24,000 nt of DNA from Dehalococcoidia bacterium (GCA_965197705.1 OZ240223.1:1796975-1820974); one strand, 5' to 3'. Positions 9,375 to 18,068 are shown, counted from the first letter of the stretch. Notes: generated by a model not told the origin, from the letters alone. Made by a program: numbers and translations.

Positions 9375-10460
9375 ATGGTCGTAAACACACACCCTCAGAA
9401 CGGAGCCAATATCAAGGTCGTCGGCGTTGGCGGCGGTGGATCGAACGCCGTGTCGAGGATGTTCCGGGAACGACTTCCGGGCATCGAGTACATGGTGGTC
9501 AATACGGACACGCAGGCCCTCCTGCGTTCCGACGTGCCGATCCGCATAGCCATTGGCGAACTGCTCACGCAGGGCAAGGGCGTCGGGGGCAACCCCGATC
9601 TCGGGGCGAAGTCGGCTGGCGAGAGCAGGGAAGAGGTCCACGAGGCGACCCGTGAGTCCGACATGGTCTTCATCGCCGCCGGAATGGGCGGAGGCACGGG
9701 CACGGGGGCTGCGCCGGTCATCTCCGAGATCATCAAGGAGACCGGAGCACTCACGGTCGGCGTGGTCACCATGCCGTTCATGTTCGAAGGCACCCGGCGA
9801 ATGCGGACCGCCGAGGAGGGCATCGAGAGGCTCCAGGAACACGTCGATACCCTGCTCGTCATACCGAACGAGCGGCTCCACGTCATCTCGGACGAAGAGA
9901 TCACTGCGGAGAACGCGTTCCGCATGGCCGACGACGTGCTGCGGCTCGGCGTGCAGTCGATTGCCGAGCTTGTGACCGTCCCCGGAGAGATCAACCTGGA
10001 CTTTGCCGACATTCAGTCCGTCATGCAAGACGCAGGCCCGGCCTGGATGTCGATCGGCTGGGGCAAGGGCGAGAATCGGGCCAAGGCGGCGGCGCAGCAG
10101 GCGATCTCCAACCCGCTCCTCGACGTTTCGGTCGAGGGCGCGACGGGCGTACTGTTCAACGTCACCGGCGGTTCCGATCTCCGGCTGTCCGAGCTTCACG
10201 AGGCGGCAGAGGTCATTCAACGGGTCGTGGATCCCGACGCGAATATCATCTTCGGCATGGCGAACGACGCGAAGATGGAGAACGAGGTCAAACTGACCGT
10301 CATCGCAACGGGGTTCCCGACTTCCGAGAACACGCAGCAGAAGGACGAGCAGATCAGAGCGCTTCTCAAGGACGCCCTGGGCAGCGACGAGGCGGAGATC
10401 GATCTTCCGCCATTCCTTCGGCGCATCTCCAAGTATCGAGAAGAGGCGGCGGTGAGGTAG
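9375..10460 (+). CDS. ftsZ: Cell division protein FtsZ
   Basis: IKVVGVGGGGSNAV, NTDTQAL and the tubulin signature AAGMGGGTGTGAAPVI, plus the C-terminal peptide DLPPFLRR. RBS AAGGGAGGA. Confidence 0.97.
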   Translation: MVVNTHPQNGANIKVVGVGGGGSNAVSRMFRERLPGIEYMVVNTDTQALLRSDVPIRIAIGELLTQGKGVGGNPDLGAKSAGESREEVHEATRESDMVFIAAGMGGGTGTGAAPVISEIIKETGALTVGVVTMPFMFEGTRRMRTAEEGIERLQEHVDTLLVIPNERLHVISDEEITAENAFRMADDVLRLGVQSIAELVTVPGEINLDFADIQSVMQDAGPAWMSIGWGKGENRAKAAAQQAISNPLLDVSVEGATGVLFNVTGGSDLRLSELHEAAEVIQRVVDPDANIIFGMANDAKMENEVKLTVIATGFPTSENTQQKDEQIRALLKDALGSDEAEIDLPPFLRRISKYREEAAVR

Positions 10461-10511
10461 TAGTCCGTCGAGCTACCTACACTCGATGGACCGGAGGGGA
10501 GTAGGGTCAAA

Positions 10512-10537
10512 GGGGTCGCGGTTTCGCGGCCCCTTTT
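10512..10537 (+). terminator. Rho-independent terminator after ftsZ
   Basis: ggggtcgcg (10512-10520), loop gttt, cgcggcccc (10525-10533). This gives a 9-bp stem with one G-U pair, followed by tttt. Confidence 0.7.
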
Positions 10538-10767
10538 GTCGTCTGTGGGAATACTCCGCGCTTACTCCCCTGCTCCGCCTCTACCCTCTCCAGACTCGTC
10601 CCACTCCTTGCCGAACTCCTACCGGTCGGCGCGCTCCCCAATTAACTTTCCGCCAATTTTTCGCGAATTTCCCAACGAGCCGAGAGCGCCTTATTACAGG
10701 CATTCCGCCTTTTTGCTCCGAGTGACCGCAGCAACACACCCAGCTACGACCACTTGCGATTTCGCGC

Positions 10768-10796
10768 TTGACAGACCCAACATCTAGTGGTAGCGT
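10768..10796 (+). promoter_or_regulatory. Candidate sigma70-type promoter for nrdR
   Basis: TTGACA at 10768-10773, a 17-nt spacer, then TGG-TAGCGT (extended -10-like) at 10788-10796, about 60 nt upstream of the nrdR start. Confidence 0.4.
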
Positions 10797-10858
10797 CTTG
10801 GTCACCTGTTACGTGCTGCTTGCGCAATGGGAGTCGCGGACAGTGCCGGTGATCGGTG

Positions 10859-11422
10859 ATGCGTTGTCCTCATTGCAGTCATAGCCAATCGAAGGTAATC
10901 GACTCGAGGGAGACGGTCGACAGCATCCGTAGACGGCGGGAGTGTTCGTACTGCGACCGCCGGTACACAACGTATGAGCGGGTGCAGACGAACTCTCTGC
11001 AGGTAGTGAAAAGGGACGAACGGCGGGAGGAGTTTAGCACCGACAAGCTGAGAGTAAGCATCCTGAAGGCGTGTACGAAACGCCCGCTGCCGACCGGAAG
11101 CATAGACAAGCTGGTCGGCGAGATCGAAGGGGACTTGTACGCGCTGGGGCTGTCCGAGGTACCGACGCACACAATAGGCGAATCGGTCATGGAGCGCCTC
11201 CGGGAATTCGACAGAGTCGCATATATACGGTACGCGAGCGTGTACAGAGACTTTCAAGACATACAGACCTTCCGACAGGAGATAGACGCCCTCCTCGACC
11301 CCGAGGCTCAGGAGTCGATCAACCAGCTCTCCTTCCTCGGATCAGACACGGGAGTTATCAAAGCTCCCTCCCCGGAACGCCGGGGCCGGCGCACCAGGCA
11401 GGCGGACCCCGGCGAAGGCTAG
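10859..11422 (+). CDS. nrdR: Transcriptional repressor NrdR
   Basis: MRCPHCSHSQSKVIDSR...RRRRECSYCDRRYTTYE zinc ribbon plus ATP-cone (REEFSTDKLRVSILKACTKR). I prefer ATG 10859 one codon inside the track GTG. The roughly 35-aa C-terminal tail is longer than I recall for the family. Confidence 0.92.
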   Translation: MRCPHCSHSQSKVIDSRETVDSIRRRRECSYCDRRYTTYERVQTNSLQVVKRDERREEFSTDKLRVSILKACTKRPLPTGSIDKLVGEIEGDLYALGLSEVPTHTIGESVMERLREFDRVAYIRYASVYRDFQDIQTFRQEIDALLDPEAQESINQLSFLGSDTGVIKAPSPERRGRRTRQADPGEG

Positions 11423-11583
11423 AAGATCAGCCGCGTTTCCACCCTTCGGGACACTGCTTAGGTACTTGGTTACCCTCTCATTAGCCAAAAAACTCTAAGA
11501 TATACAACCTTAAGCCTATAGATTTCTCAAATTATTCTAGGACAACGTAAGGCAACAAGGGTTCCGGGGCGGGAGGTTAACCC

Positions 11584-11599
11584 CCACAAGATATGGTGG
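11584..11599 (+). promoter_or_regulatory. Candidate NrdR box upstream of nrdJ
   Basis: ccacaagatatggtgg matches 12/16 positions of the recalled NrdR-box consensus acaCwAtATaTwGtgt. It lies 95 nt upstream of the nrdJ start. No convincing second box was found. Confidence 0.45.
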
Positions 11600-11693
11600 A
11601 GGAGTTCATACACGTACTCTATGAACTCAACGGAAGAAAAACGGACTTGAGCCAAACATACACCAAAAACATTTCTATACAAGGGGCAAGAGG

Positions 11694-14105
11694 ATGGTCA
11701 TAGAAGAGAGACGAGAGGCAGGACCGAGGAACGGGACCACAAACGGGAGGATGACCCCTGCCATCACGGATGCCGACATCGATTTGAGCGACAATGCCCG
11801 CGTCGTGCTGGAGAAACGGTATCTCCGCAAGAACGCGAAGGGAGAGATCGCCGAAACGCCCGCCGGGATGTTTCGTCGGGTCGCCCACGCTATAGCAGCC
11901 CCCGAGTATGCGAACGGCCCCACCGAGGAGGCCTTGGCCTGGGAAGAGAAATTCTACGGGGTCATGGCCAAGCTGGAGTTTGTGCCGAACTCCCCTACCC
12001 TGATGAATGCCGGGATCCAGCGCGCGGACGGTCAGGGCACCGGAACGCTGTCCGCCTGCTTCGTCATGGGGCTGGACGACCACATGGACGGCATAATGAC
12101 CACCGCCAAGGAGACGGCGATGGTCCAGAAGTACGGAGGCGGCACCGGATTCGCCCTCTCGTCCATCAGACCGAAGGGAGCGAACATCCAGACGACGCAC
12201 GGCCAGGCCTGCGGGCCGGTCGAGGTGCTGCGACATCTGTCCTCGGTCTCCAAGCTCGTCACGCAGGGCGGCAAGAGGGACGGCGCGAATATGGCCGTCA
12301 TGGACATCCACCACCCGGACATCCTGGAATTCATCGACTGCAAGGCGCAGGAAGGTGAAATCCACAACTTCAACATCTCGGTGGGCGCAAGCCACGAGTT
12401 CATGGAGGCCGTCAAGGCGGGCGCCACCTACCCTCTCCGTTTCCACGAGAACCCCGCGGACACCTCTTCGCCCATCGTCGAGGTGGGAAGGCTGGACGCG
12501 CGCGAGGTCTTCGAGAAGATCGTGCATGGCGCGTGGCGCAACGGCGAGCCGGGAATGATCTTCCTAGACTGGGTGAACCACCGGAACCCGACGCCTCACA
12601 TCGGGCGTATGACGGCGACCAACCCATGCGGCGAGCAGCCACTTCTACCCTACGAGTCCTGCAACCTCGGCGCGATAAGCCTGCAAAGGTTCATCGTGGA
12701 GGTCGACGGCCATCCGACGGTCGATTATGACAAGCTTCGCGAGGTGGTACACGTAGCTACAAGATTCCTCGATAACGTCATCGACGCGAACGCCTACTCG
12801 GTCGACAAGATCGAGACCATGACCAAGGCCACACGCAAGATCGGTCTCGGCGTGATGGGATTCGCCGATATGCTCGTGCGGATGGGAATACCCTACGACT
12901 CCGAGGAGGGCTTAGAGCTGGGCCGTAAGATTATGCGGTTCATCAAGGACGAGTCCGACTGGATGTCGGTAGAACTGGCGAAAGAACGCGGCAACTTCCC
13001 CGCGTATGAGGGCAGCAGGTTCGACTCGCCGGACGGCTCTCCGATGCGCAACGCCTGCCGTCTGACCGTCGCGCCGACAGGCACGACCTCGATGATCGCC
13101 GGGTGCTCCAGCGGAATCGAGCCCCTGTTCGCTCTCTGTTTCCACAAGCACAACATTTTGGGCGGAGAGAGCCTGCTGTACGTGGACGAGAACTTCGAGA
13201 AGGCGGCCAGGGACGGCGGCTTCTACAGCGAAGACCTGATGAACTACCTGGCCGAGGGGGGATCGCTGCAGGACCGCGAGGACGTTCCTGAATCGGCCAA
13301 GCAGACGTTTGTGGTGGCAGGGGACATCTCGCCCGAAATGCACGTGCGGATGCAAGGGGTTTTCCAAGAGAGCGTCGACGCGGCCATCTCCAAGACGATC
13401 AACTTCCCGAACGAGGCGACCGAGGGAGACGTTCGCAGCGCGTACATGCTCGCGTGGGAGCTAGGGTGCAAGGGAATCACCGTGTACCGCTCAGGCAGTC
13501 GCGAGGCGGAGGTACTGACGGCAGGCAAGGAGAACGAGGAACAGGAGACGGAGACCGAGACGAACGGCCACAAGTCCCCTACCCTCGTGGAGCGCAGTCC
13601 TCGTCCCCGTGTAGTGCAGGGCCTCACCGAGAATATCCGCACCGGACAGGGCAACCTCTACGTGACGGTCAACTTCGATGAAGAGCGCCGTCCGTTCGAG
13701 GTGTTCTGCGCGCTCGGCAAGGCCGGGAGCGTCGAGTCCGCCCACCTCGAGGCCATCGCACGGCTTGTTTCAATGTCATTGCGCACGGGAGTCGACCCGG
13801 ACCAGATTGTCAAGCAGTTGAAGGGGATTACCGATCAGCCGGTATGGGACGGAGGGACCCTCGTCGGATCGATACCCGACGCGTTATCGCACGTGCTCGA
13901 GAAGTACACCTCGAAAGAGTTGGTAACGGACGCGCCGGCGGCCCAGATAGGACTCTTCCCGTCTACGGAACCCAGAGGCTCCGCGGACGAGGTCAAGTTT
14001 GCGGGCCCTATGACAGGCAAGCGCTGTCCTGAGTGCTCGGCCTACCTCGTCGCACAAGAGGGATGCCTGAACTGCCTCGACTGCGGCTACAGCAAGTGTG
14101 ACTGA
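11694..14105 (+). CDS. nrdJ: Adenosylcobalamin-dependent ribonucleoside-diphosphate/triphosphate reductase (class II RNR)
   Basis: LEKRYL, PNSPTLMNAG, SACFV, the catalytic NPCGEQPLLPYESCNLG, and a C-terminal Cys-rich tail CPECSAYLVAQEGCLNCLDCGYSKCD. It sits directly downstream of nrdR. Confidence 0.93.
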   Translation: MVIEERREAGPRNGTTNGRMTPAITDADIDLSDNARVVLEKRYLRKNAKGEIAETPAGMFRRVAHAIAAPEYANGPTEEALAWEEKFYGVMAKLEFVPNSPTLMNAGIQRADGQGTGTLSACFVMGLDDHMDGIMTTAKETAMVQKYGGGTGFALSSIRPKGANIQTTHGQACGPVEVLRHLSSVSKLVTQGGKRDGANMAVMDIHHPDILEFIDCKAQEGEIHNFNISVGASHEFMEAVKAGATYPLRFHENPADTSSPIVEVGRLDAREVFEKIVHGAWRNGEPGMIFLDWVNHRNPTPHIGRMTATNPCGEQPLLPYESCNLGAISLQRFIVEVDGHPTVDYDKLREVVHVATRFLDNVIDANAYSVDKIETMTKATRKIGLGVMGFADMLVRMGIPYDSEEGLELGRKIMRFIKDESDWMSVELAKERGNFPAYEGSRFDSPDGSPMRNACRLTVAPTGTTSMIAGCSSGIEPLFALCFHKHNILGGESLLYVDENFEKAARDGGFYSEDLMNYLAEGGSLQDREDVPESAKQTFVVAGDISPEMHVRMQGVFQESVDAAISKTINFPNEATEGDVRSAYMLAWELGCKGITVYRSGSREAEVLTAGKENEEQETETETNGHKSPTLVERSPRPRVVQGLTENIRTGQGNLYVTVNFDEERRPFEVFCALGKAGSVESAHLEAIARLVSMSLRTGVDPDQIVKQLKGITDQPVWDGGTLVGSIPDALSHVLEKYTSKELVTDAPAAQIGLFPSTEPRGSADEVKFAGPMTGKRCPECSAYLVAQEGCLNCLDCGYSKCD

Positions 14106-14168
14106 GTCAAAATAGCGTCGCACCTCTTTCTTTGGATAGGGGCGCACCATCGACGATAGTTCGATAAC

Positions 14169-14200
14169 GACGACCCACTACAGGCGGGTCGTCTCGGTTT
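14169..14200 (+). terminator. Candidate terminator after nrdJ
   Basis: gacgaccc (14169-14176), a 9-nt loop, gggtcgtc (14186-14193), then tcggttt. The U-tract is weak. Confidence 0.45.
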
Positions 14201-14319
14201 AGCAGGTCACCTTCCCTATAGATTTAACTCCCCTGCCCTTCACCGTTTAACCGCGACGATGTTGTATCATGGCATCCCCGTGGCGGGCAGCGCCGCGACA
14301 TGTCACCGGAGCGCACACC

Positions 14320-15330
14320 ATGACAACATCGGAAAAACCCTTTGTCGCCATCACGATGGGCGACCCCGCAGGTATTGGGGCAGAAGTCACCGCCAAGGCC
14401 CTTCAGGACGATTCCATATACCAGAAATGCCGCCCGTTCGTGGTCGGCAACGTGGCGGCGATCGACCATGCCATTGAGTTCATGAGCATGGACGCTTCGA
14501 GCCGGGTGACGCACGGGTTGGAAGATGTTGCCGGTGAGCCCGGAGTCATCGACGTGATGGACCTGGAGAATCTTGACTATTCCGGTATCGAGCTTGGGGA
14601 ACTGTCCGCCTCGGCGGGCAAAGCGGCAGTTGAATGGGTGCTTAAGGCGGGCGAGATGGCTGCTGCGGGCGAGGTCCAAGCCATCGTGACTGCTCCGATC
14701 AACAAAGAGGCAGCAAAGATGGCCGGCTACAAGGACATCGGGCACATGGAGATATTCCAGAGCCAGACCAACTCGAAAGAGGTGGCGACGATGCTTATGG
14801 CCGACGTGCTGCGCGTCGTCCACCTGACGACGCACCGCCAGCTCCGGATCGCCTGCGACTACGTTACCACGGACAACGTACTCGCAAAGACTGTCCTCAC
14901 CCACGACCACTTCGCGCGGTGGGGCTTCCCTGCCCCACGCATCGGCGTCTCTGCCCTGAATCCCCATGCCAGCGACGGCGGTCTCCTCGGCGACGAGGAG
15001 GAGAAGCAGATCACCCCCGCGATAGACAAGGCCCGCTCGCTCGGCATCGACGCGACGGGGCCTGTCCCGCCGGACACGGTGTTCACACAGGCGATCAACG
15101 GCAAGTACGACGTTGTGCTCGCCATGTACCACGACCAGGGGCACATCCCCATCAAGGTGCACAACTGGGAGCGGAGCGTGAGCGTGAACCTCGGTCTGCC
15201 GTTCATCCGCACGTCGGTAGACCACGGCACGGCGTTCGATATCGCCGGTCAGGGCATCGCCCACCACGAGAGCATGGCGGAGGCCATCGGAGTCGCCGTC
15301 GACCTGGCAAGCGAGAGCAAGCTGCGCTGA
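14320..15330 (+). CDS. pdxA: 4-hydroxythreonine-4-phosphate dehydrogenase family protein (PdxA/PdxA2)
   Basis: ITMGDPAGIGAEV, TAPINKEA, HLTTH, NPHASDGG, AMYHDQGHIPIK and RTSVDHGTAFDIAGQGIA. I prefer ATG 14320 (MTTSEKPF) to the track start at 14269. Confidence 0.85.
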   Translation: MTTSEKPFVAITMGDPAGIGAEVTAKALQDDSIYQKCRPFVVGNVAAIDHAIEFMSMDASSRVTHGLEDVAGEPGVIDVMDLENLDYSGIELGELSASAGKAAVEWVLKAGEMAAAGEVQAIVTAPINKEAAKMAGYKDIGHMEIFQSQTNSKEVATMLMADVLRVVHLTTHRQLRIACDYVTTDNVLAKTVLTHDHFARWGFPAPRIGVSALNPHASDGGLLGDEEEKQITPAIDKARSLGIDATGPVPPDTVFTQAINGKYDVVLAMYHDQGHIPIKVHNWERSVSVNLGLPFIRTSVDHGTAFDIAGQGIAHHESMAEAIGVAVDLASESKLR

Positions 15331-15510
15331 AGGCGCCACAGGCACTGCTTCTGTATAGAACCACTACACTAACCAGCCCCTCGAGCGGTGAGAGACTGCA
15401 TTAGTCCCCAAACGTCGCGCAAGTCGGCTACAATAGAGTAGTTGTAGGAGGAAGGGGCGTCCTTCGAGTGCCTCACGGCCAAGTAAGGACGACAGAGCGG
15501 ACGAGTATCA

Positions 15511-16317
15511 ATGAAGATCACGTTCATCGGCGGGGGCGTCATGGCTGAGGCGATACTCGGCGGGATTCTTGACGCGGGTGTTGCCAAGGCGGGGGATATT
15601 CGCTTCGGGGAACCCGTGGCGGAACGGCGTGCAGTGCTTACCGAGACCTACGGCGTGACGGCGGACGCCGACAACCTCGCCGTGATCGAGGGCGCGGACA
15701 TCGTTGTCCTCGCAATGAAACCGCAGCACCTCGCCATGGCTATGGACGGCATCAAGTCCGGCCTCCGCGGAGGCCAGGCGGTGCTTTCCATCGTTGCGGG
15801 AGCGACCCTGGAGACCTTGAGTAAGGGCCTGCGTCATCGAGCGGTCGTCCGGGTTATGCCCAATACCCCCGCTCAGATACGCGAGGGCATGACCGTGTGG
15901 ACGGCCACCGATCAGGTCACCGGCGAGCAGAGGGCAGACAGCCAGCGGATCGTCGCGTCTTTCGGCGAGGAGATATACGTCGAGGACGAGAAGTACATCG
16001 ACATGGTGACGGCCCTCAGCGCGAGCGGCCCCGCCTACGTCTTCCTGTTCATCGAGGCGCTCATCGACGCGGGGGTATACATGGGCCTGCAGCGTCCGAT
16101 GGCGAGAAAGCTCGTTCTCCAGACGGTCATAGGGAGCGCCAAGTACGTCCAGGAGACGGGAATGCACCCGGCGGAGCTAAAGGACATGGTCTCGTCGCCC
16201 GCGGGCGGCACCGTCGAGGCGCTCATGTCGTTCGAGAAGTCGGCATTTCGAGGGGCTGTGCTGGAAGCGGTAGACACGGCGTATGAGAAGTATCGCGAAT
16301 TAGGTGAGGACGGTTGA
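15511..16317 (+). CDS. proC: Pyrroline-5-carboxylate reductase
   Basis: MKITFIGGGVMAEAIL, VVLAMKPQ, RVMPNTPAQIREG and SSPAGGTVEAL. Confidence 0.9.
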   Translation: MKITFIGGGVMAEAILGGILDAGVAKAGDIRFGEPVAERRAVLTETYGVTADADNLAVIEGADIVVLAMKPQHLAMAMDGIKSGLRGGQAVLSIVAGATLETLSKGLRHRAVVRVMPNTPAQIREGMTVWTATDQVTGEQRADSQRIVASFGEEIYVEDEKYIDMVTALSASGPAYVFLFIEALIDAGVYMGLQRPMARKLVLQTVIGSAKYVQETGMHPAELKDMVSSPAGGTVEALMSFEKSAFRGAVLEAVDTAYEKYRELGEDG

Positions 16318-16586
16318 ACTTCTTCGCTACCTTCATAAGCCTGTTCCTCACTGCCCTGTCGCTGGCGATACTCGCCCGCGTAATCATGTCGTGGGTGACC
16401 ATGTTCGCTCCCGACTCACCGATCGTCAAAACGATCAACGACATGCTCAATCAGATGACGGAGCCCGTCCTGGGACCGCTGCGCCGGGTGATTCCTCCAA
16501 TGGGCATGTTCGACCTAACCCCGATGATCGCCCTGATCCTGCTGCAGGTCATACAGGTATACCTGGTGCCACGTCTCCTATCCTAG
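16314..16586 (+). CDS. yggT: YggT family membrane protein
   Basis: A 90-aa, two-TM protein with LARVIMSWV...PVLGPLRRVIPPMGMFDLTPMIALILL. The TTG start overlaps the proC stop (TTGA). Confidence 0.8.
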   Translation: MNFFATFISLFLTALSLAILARVIMSWVTMFAPDSPIVKTINDMLNQMTEPVLGPLRRVIPPMGMFDLTPMIALILLQVIQVYLVPRLLS

Positions 16587-16702
16587 TACTCAGTCAACTT
16601 GAATATGACGAGTTGGCAGATGTCGATTTATTCCCTCTCCCGTCGTGGGAGAGGGCTAGGGTGAGGGTAAAACGTAATATCAAAACCATGTTGACATGGT
16701 AC
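16586..16702. mobile_element. 117-bp MITE derived from the neighbouring IS630-family element, flanked by TA
   Basis: The left end gtactcagtcaacttgaatatgac matches the reverse complement of the IS right end gtaccggttcaacttgaatatgat, with a 15-nt identical core. The right end is catgttgacatggtac. TA lies at 16584-16585 and 16703-16704. The core carries the hairpin ccctctcccgtcgtgggagagggctagggtgagggt (16633-16668). Confidence 0.7.
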
Positions 16703-16765
16703 TAGAACCGAAATCTTTGAAATGACGGGTAGTACTAGGGGGTTGGGGTTGCGTTCTGCAACAAC

Positions 16766-16786
16766 AGGCGGGTTTCAAACCCGCCT
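16766..16786. repeat. Perfect palindromic hairpin repeat
   Basis: aggcgggttt c aaacccgcct has 10-nt perfect arms. It resembles a widely scattered bacterial hairpin repeat, by recollection only. Confidence 0.6.
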
Positions 16787-16837
16787 CTACCAAGTCATAG
16801 TCTCGTCACCCTTAAATACTATGGTGTTGAACCACTA

Positions 16838-18068
16838 GTTCCGGTTCCGCATGTATTTGACAAATATAAGAAGTAGGTTAGTATTATGTATGATCCTATA
16901 GGGAGGACATACGAAGACATGCCTGCTCTCAAGTACAAGGTGGAGTTGAACGAGTCGGAACGGACACATCTCAAAGAGATAGCGAGTCGTGGGGAGACTT
17001 CGGCCCGTAAGGTCAAGCGAGCGCTGGTGTTGCTTAAGGCAGACGAAGGTCTGATCGACCGTGACATCGCCAGCGGACTATTGATAAGCGCATCCACGGC
17101 CGGACGCGTGCGCACGCGGTTTGTGAAAGAGGGGCTCGACTGTGCGATCAATGAGCGGGCGCGCCCGGGACAGAAACGCAAGTTGGACGGTAAACAGGAA
17201 GCGCATCTGATAGCCATTGCGTGCAGCGATGCACCCGATGGACACGCGGACTGGACGCTGCAACTCATTGCCGACAAGGCGGTGGCGATGGGGTTTGCCG
17301 AGAGCATCTCCCTCGAGACGGTGCGCCAGATACTAAAAAAAACAAACTCAAACCGTGGAAGAAGAAGGAGTGGTGCATCCCCGAAGTGAGCGGAGAGTTC
17401 GTGGCTCGAATGGAGGACGTGCTGGAACTGTACCATCAAGACTACGACCCGGACCATCCCGTGGTCTGCTTCGACGAGACATCCAAGCAGTTGGTGGCTG
17501 ATAAGAGGCCCGCTATCAGGGCCAAGCCGGGTCGGGTGGAACGATATGACTACGAGTACAAGCGAAACGGGACACGAAACCTGTTCATGTTCTGTGAACC
17601 GAAGGGCGGATGGAGGCACGTCGAGGTGACCGAGCGCCGTACTGCCGTAGACTTCGCTCATCAGATGAAATGGCTGGTTGATGAGGCATATCCTCACACC
17701 GAGACGATACGGCTGGTGCTGGACAATCTCAACACTCACAAGCTGGGTTCGTTGTACGATGCCTTCGAGCCAGCCGAAGCGCGGCGTATAGCCAAGCGCC
17801 TGGAGCTCCATTACACTCCGGTACACGGCAGTTGGCTGAACCCCGTATCGAGTACGGGGCGGGCTATGGCTGAGATAGAGCTGAGCGTCTTGAGCAACCA
17901 GTGTCTTAACCGTCGAATCAGCGACGAGGTGGTACTGAAACGAGAGGTCTTGGCGCTGGAACGTGAACGCAATGAGGCTGTCGCCATCATAGACTGGCGC
18001 TTCTCCACTCAGGACGCTCGCACTAAACTTCAACATATCTATCCATCATATTCAAGTTGAACCGGTAC
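16838..18068 (+). mobile_element. IS630-family insertion sequence (1231 bp) with TA target duplications
   Basis: Imperfect terminal inverted repeats: gttccggttccgcatgtatttga at the left, and gtaccggttcaacttgaatatga as the reverse complement of the right end. TA lies at 16836-16837 and 18069-18070. The element encodes an HTH plus DDE transposase. Confidence 0.85.
16886..18060 (+). CDS. IS630-family transposase, two frames joined by a -1 slip at the A8 run 17335-17342
   Basis: Frame 0 ends ...ETVRQILKK then TNSN... Re-reading one A gives ILKKNKLKPWKKKEWCIP, continuing into ORF 17221-18060 (VCFDETSK, YEYKRNGT, LVLDNLNTH, HYTPVHGSWLN..MAEIE). It is either programmed or transcriptional slippage, or an A9-to-A8 frameshift mutation. 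Confidence 0.8.

Noticed and set aside
10538-10767. Pyrimidine-rich ~230-bp spacer downstream of the ftsZ terminator, considered as a possible ncRNA
   Set aside because: I could not see a stable structure, a conserved motif or an ORF. It is left unassigned rather than called.
10778-10793. NrdR box upstream of nrdR itself (ccaacatctagtggta)
   Set aside because: It matches the recalled consensus at only about 8/16 positions. It overlaps the putative promoter spacer, but that is not enough to call autoregulation.
11423-11693. Cobalamin riboswitch in the nrdJ leader
   Set aside because: I could not find a B12-box-like core or the expected multi-stem architecture. In addition, B12 riboswitches normally control B12-independent RNRs rather than the B12-dependent class II enzyme.
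11694-14105. Intein within the class II RNR
   Set aside because: The catalytic motifs are contiguous. I saw no Cys/Ser-...-HN splice-junction block or endonuclease motifs, and 803 aa is within the normal NrdJ range.
11515-14225. Identical 11-mer cctatagattt on both sides of nrdJ (11515-11525 and 14215-14225)
   Set aside because: A rough estimate gives tens of chance 11-mer repeats in 24 kb. There is no extended similarity around the matches and no evidence that nrdJ is mobile.
14224-15345. 373-aa minus-strand ORF opposite pdxA
   Set aside because: This is a high-GC shadow ORF with Arg/His/Val-rich nonsense composition, while the plus strand carries unmistakable PdxA motifs. The same reasoning applies to 11619-12527 (opposite nrdJ), 8416-9279 (opposite ftsA) and 9372-10220 (opposite ftsZ).
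16819-18036. 405-aa minus-strand ORF spanning the IS630 element
   Set aside because: It is antisense to a transposase with clear HTH and DDE motifs. It shows no recognisable motifs, has no RBS, and runs across the IS terminus.
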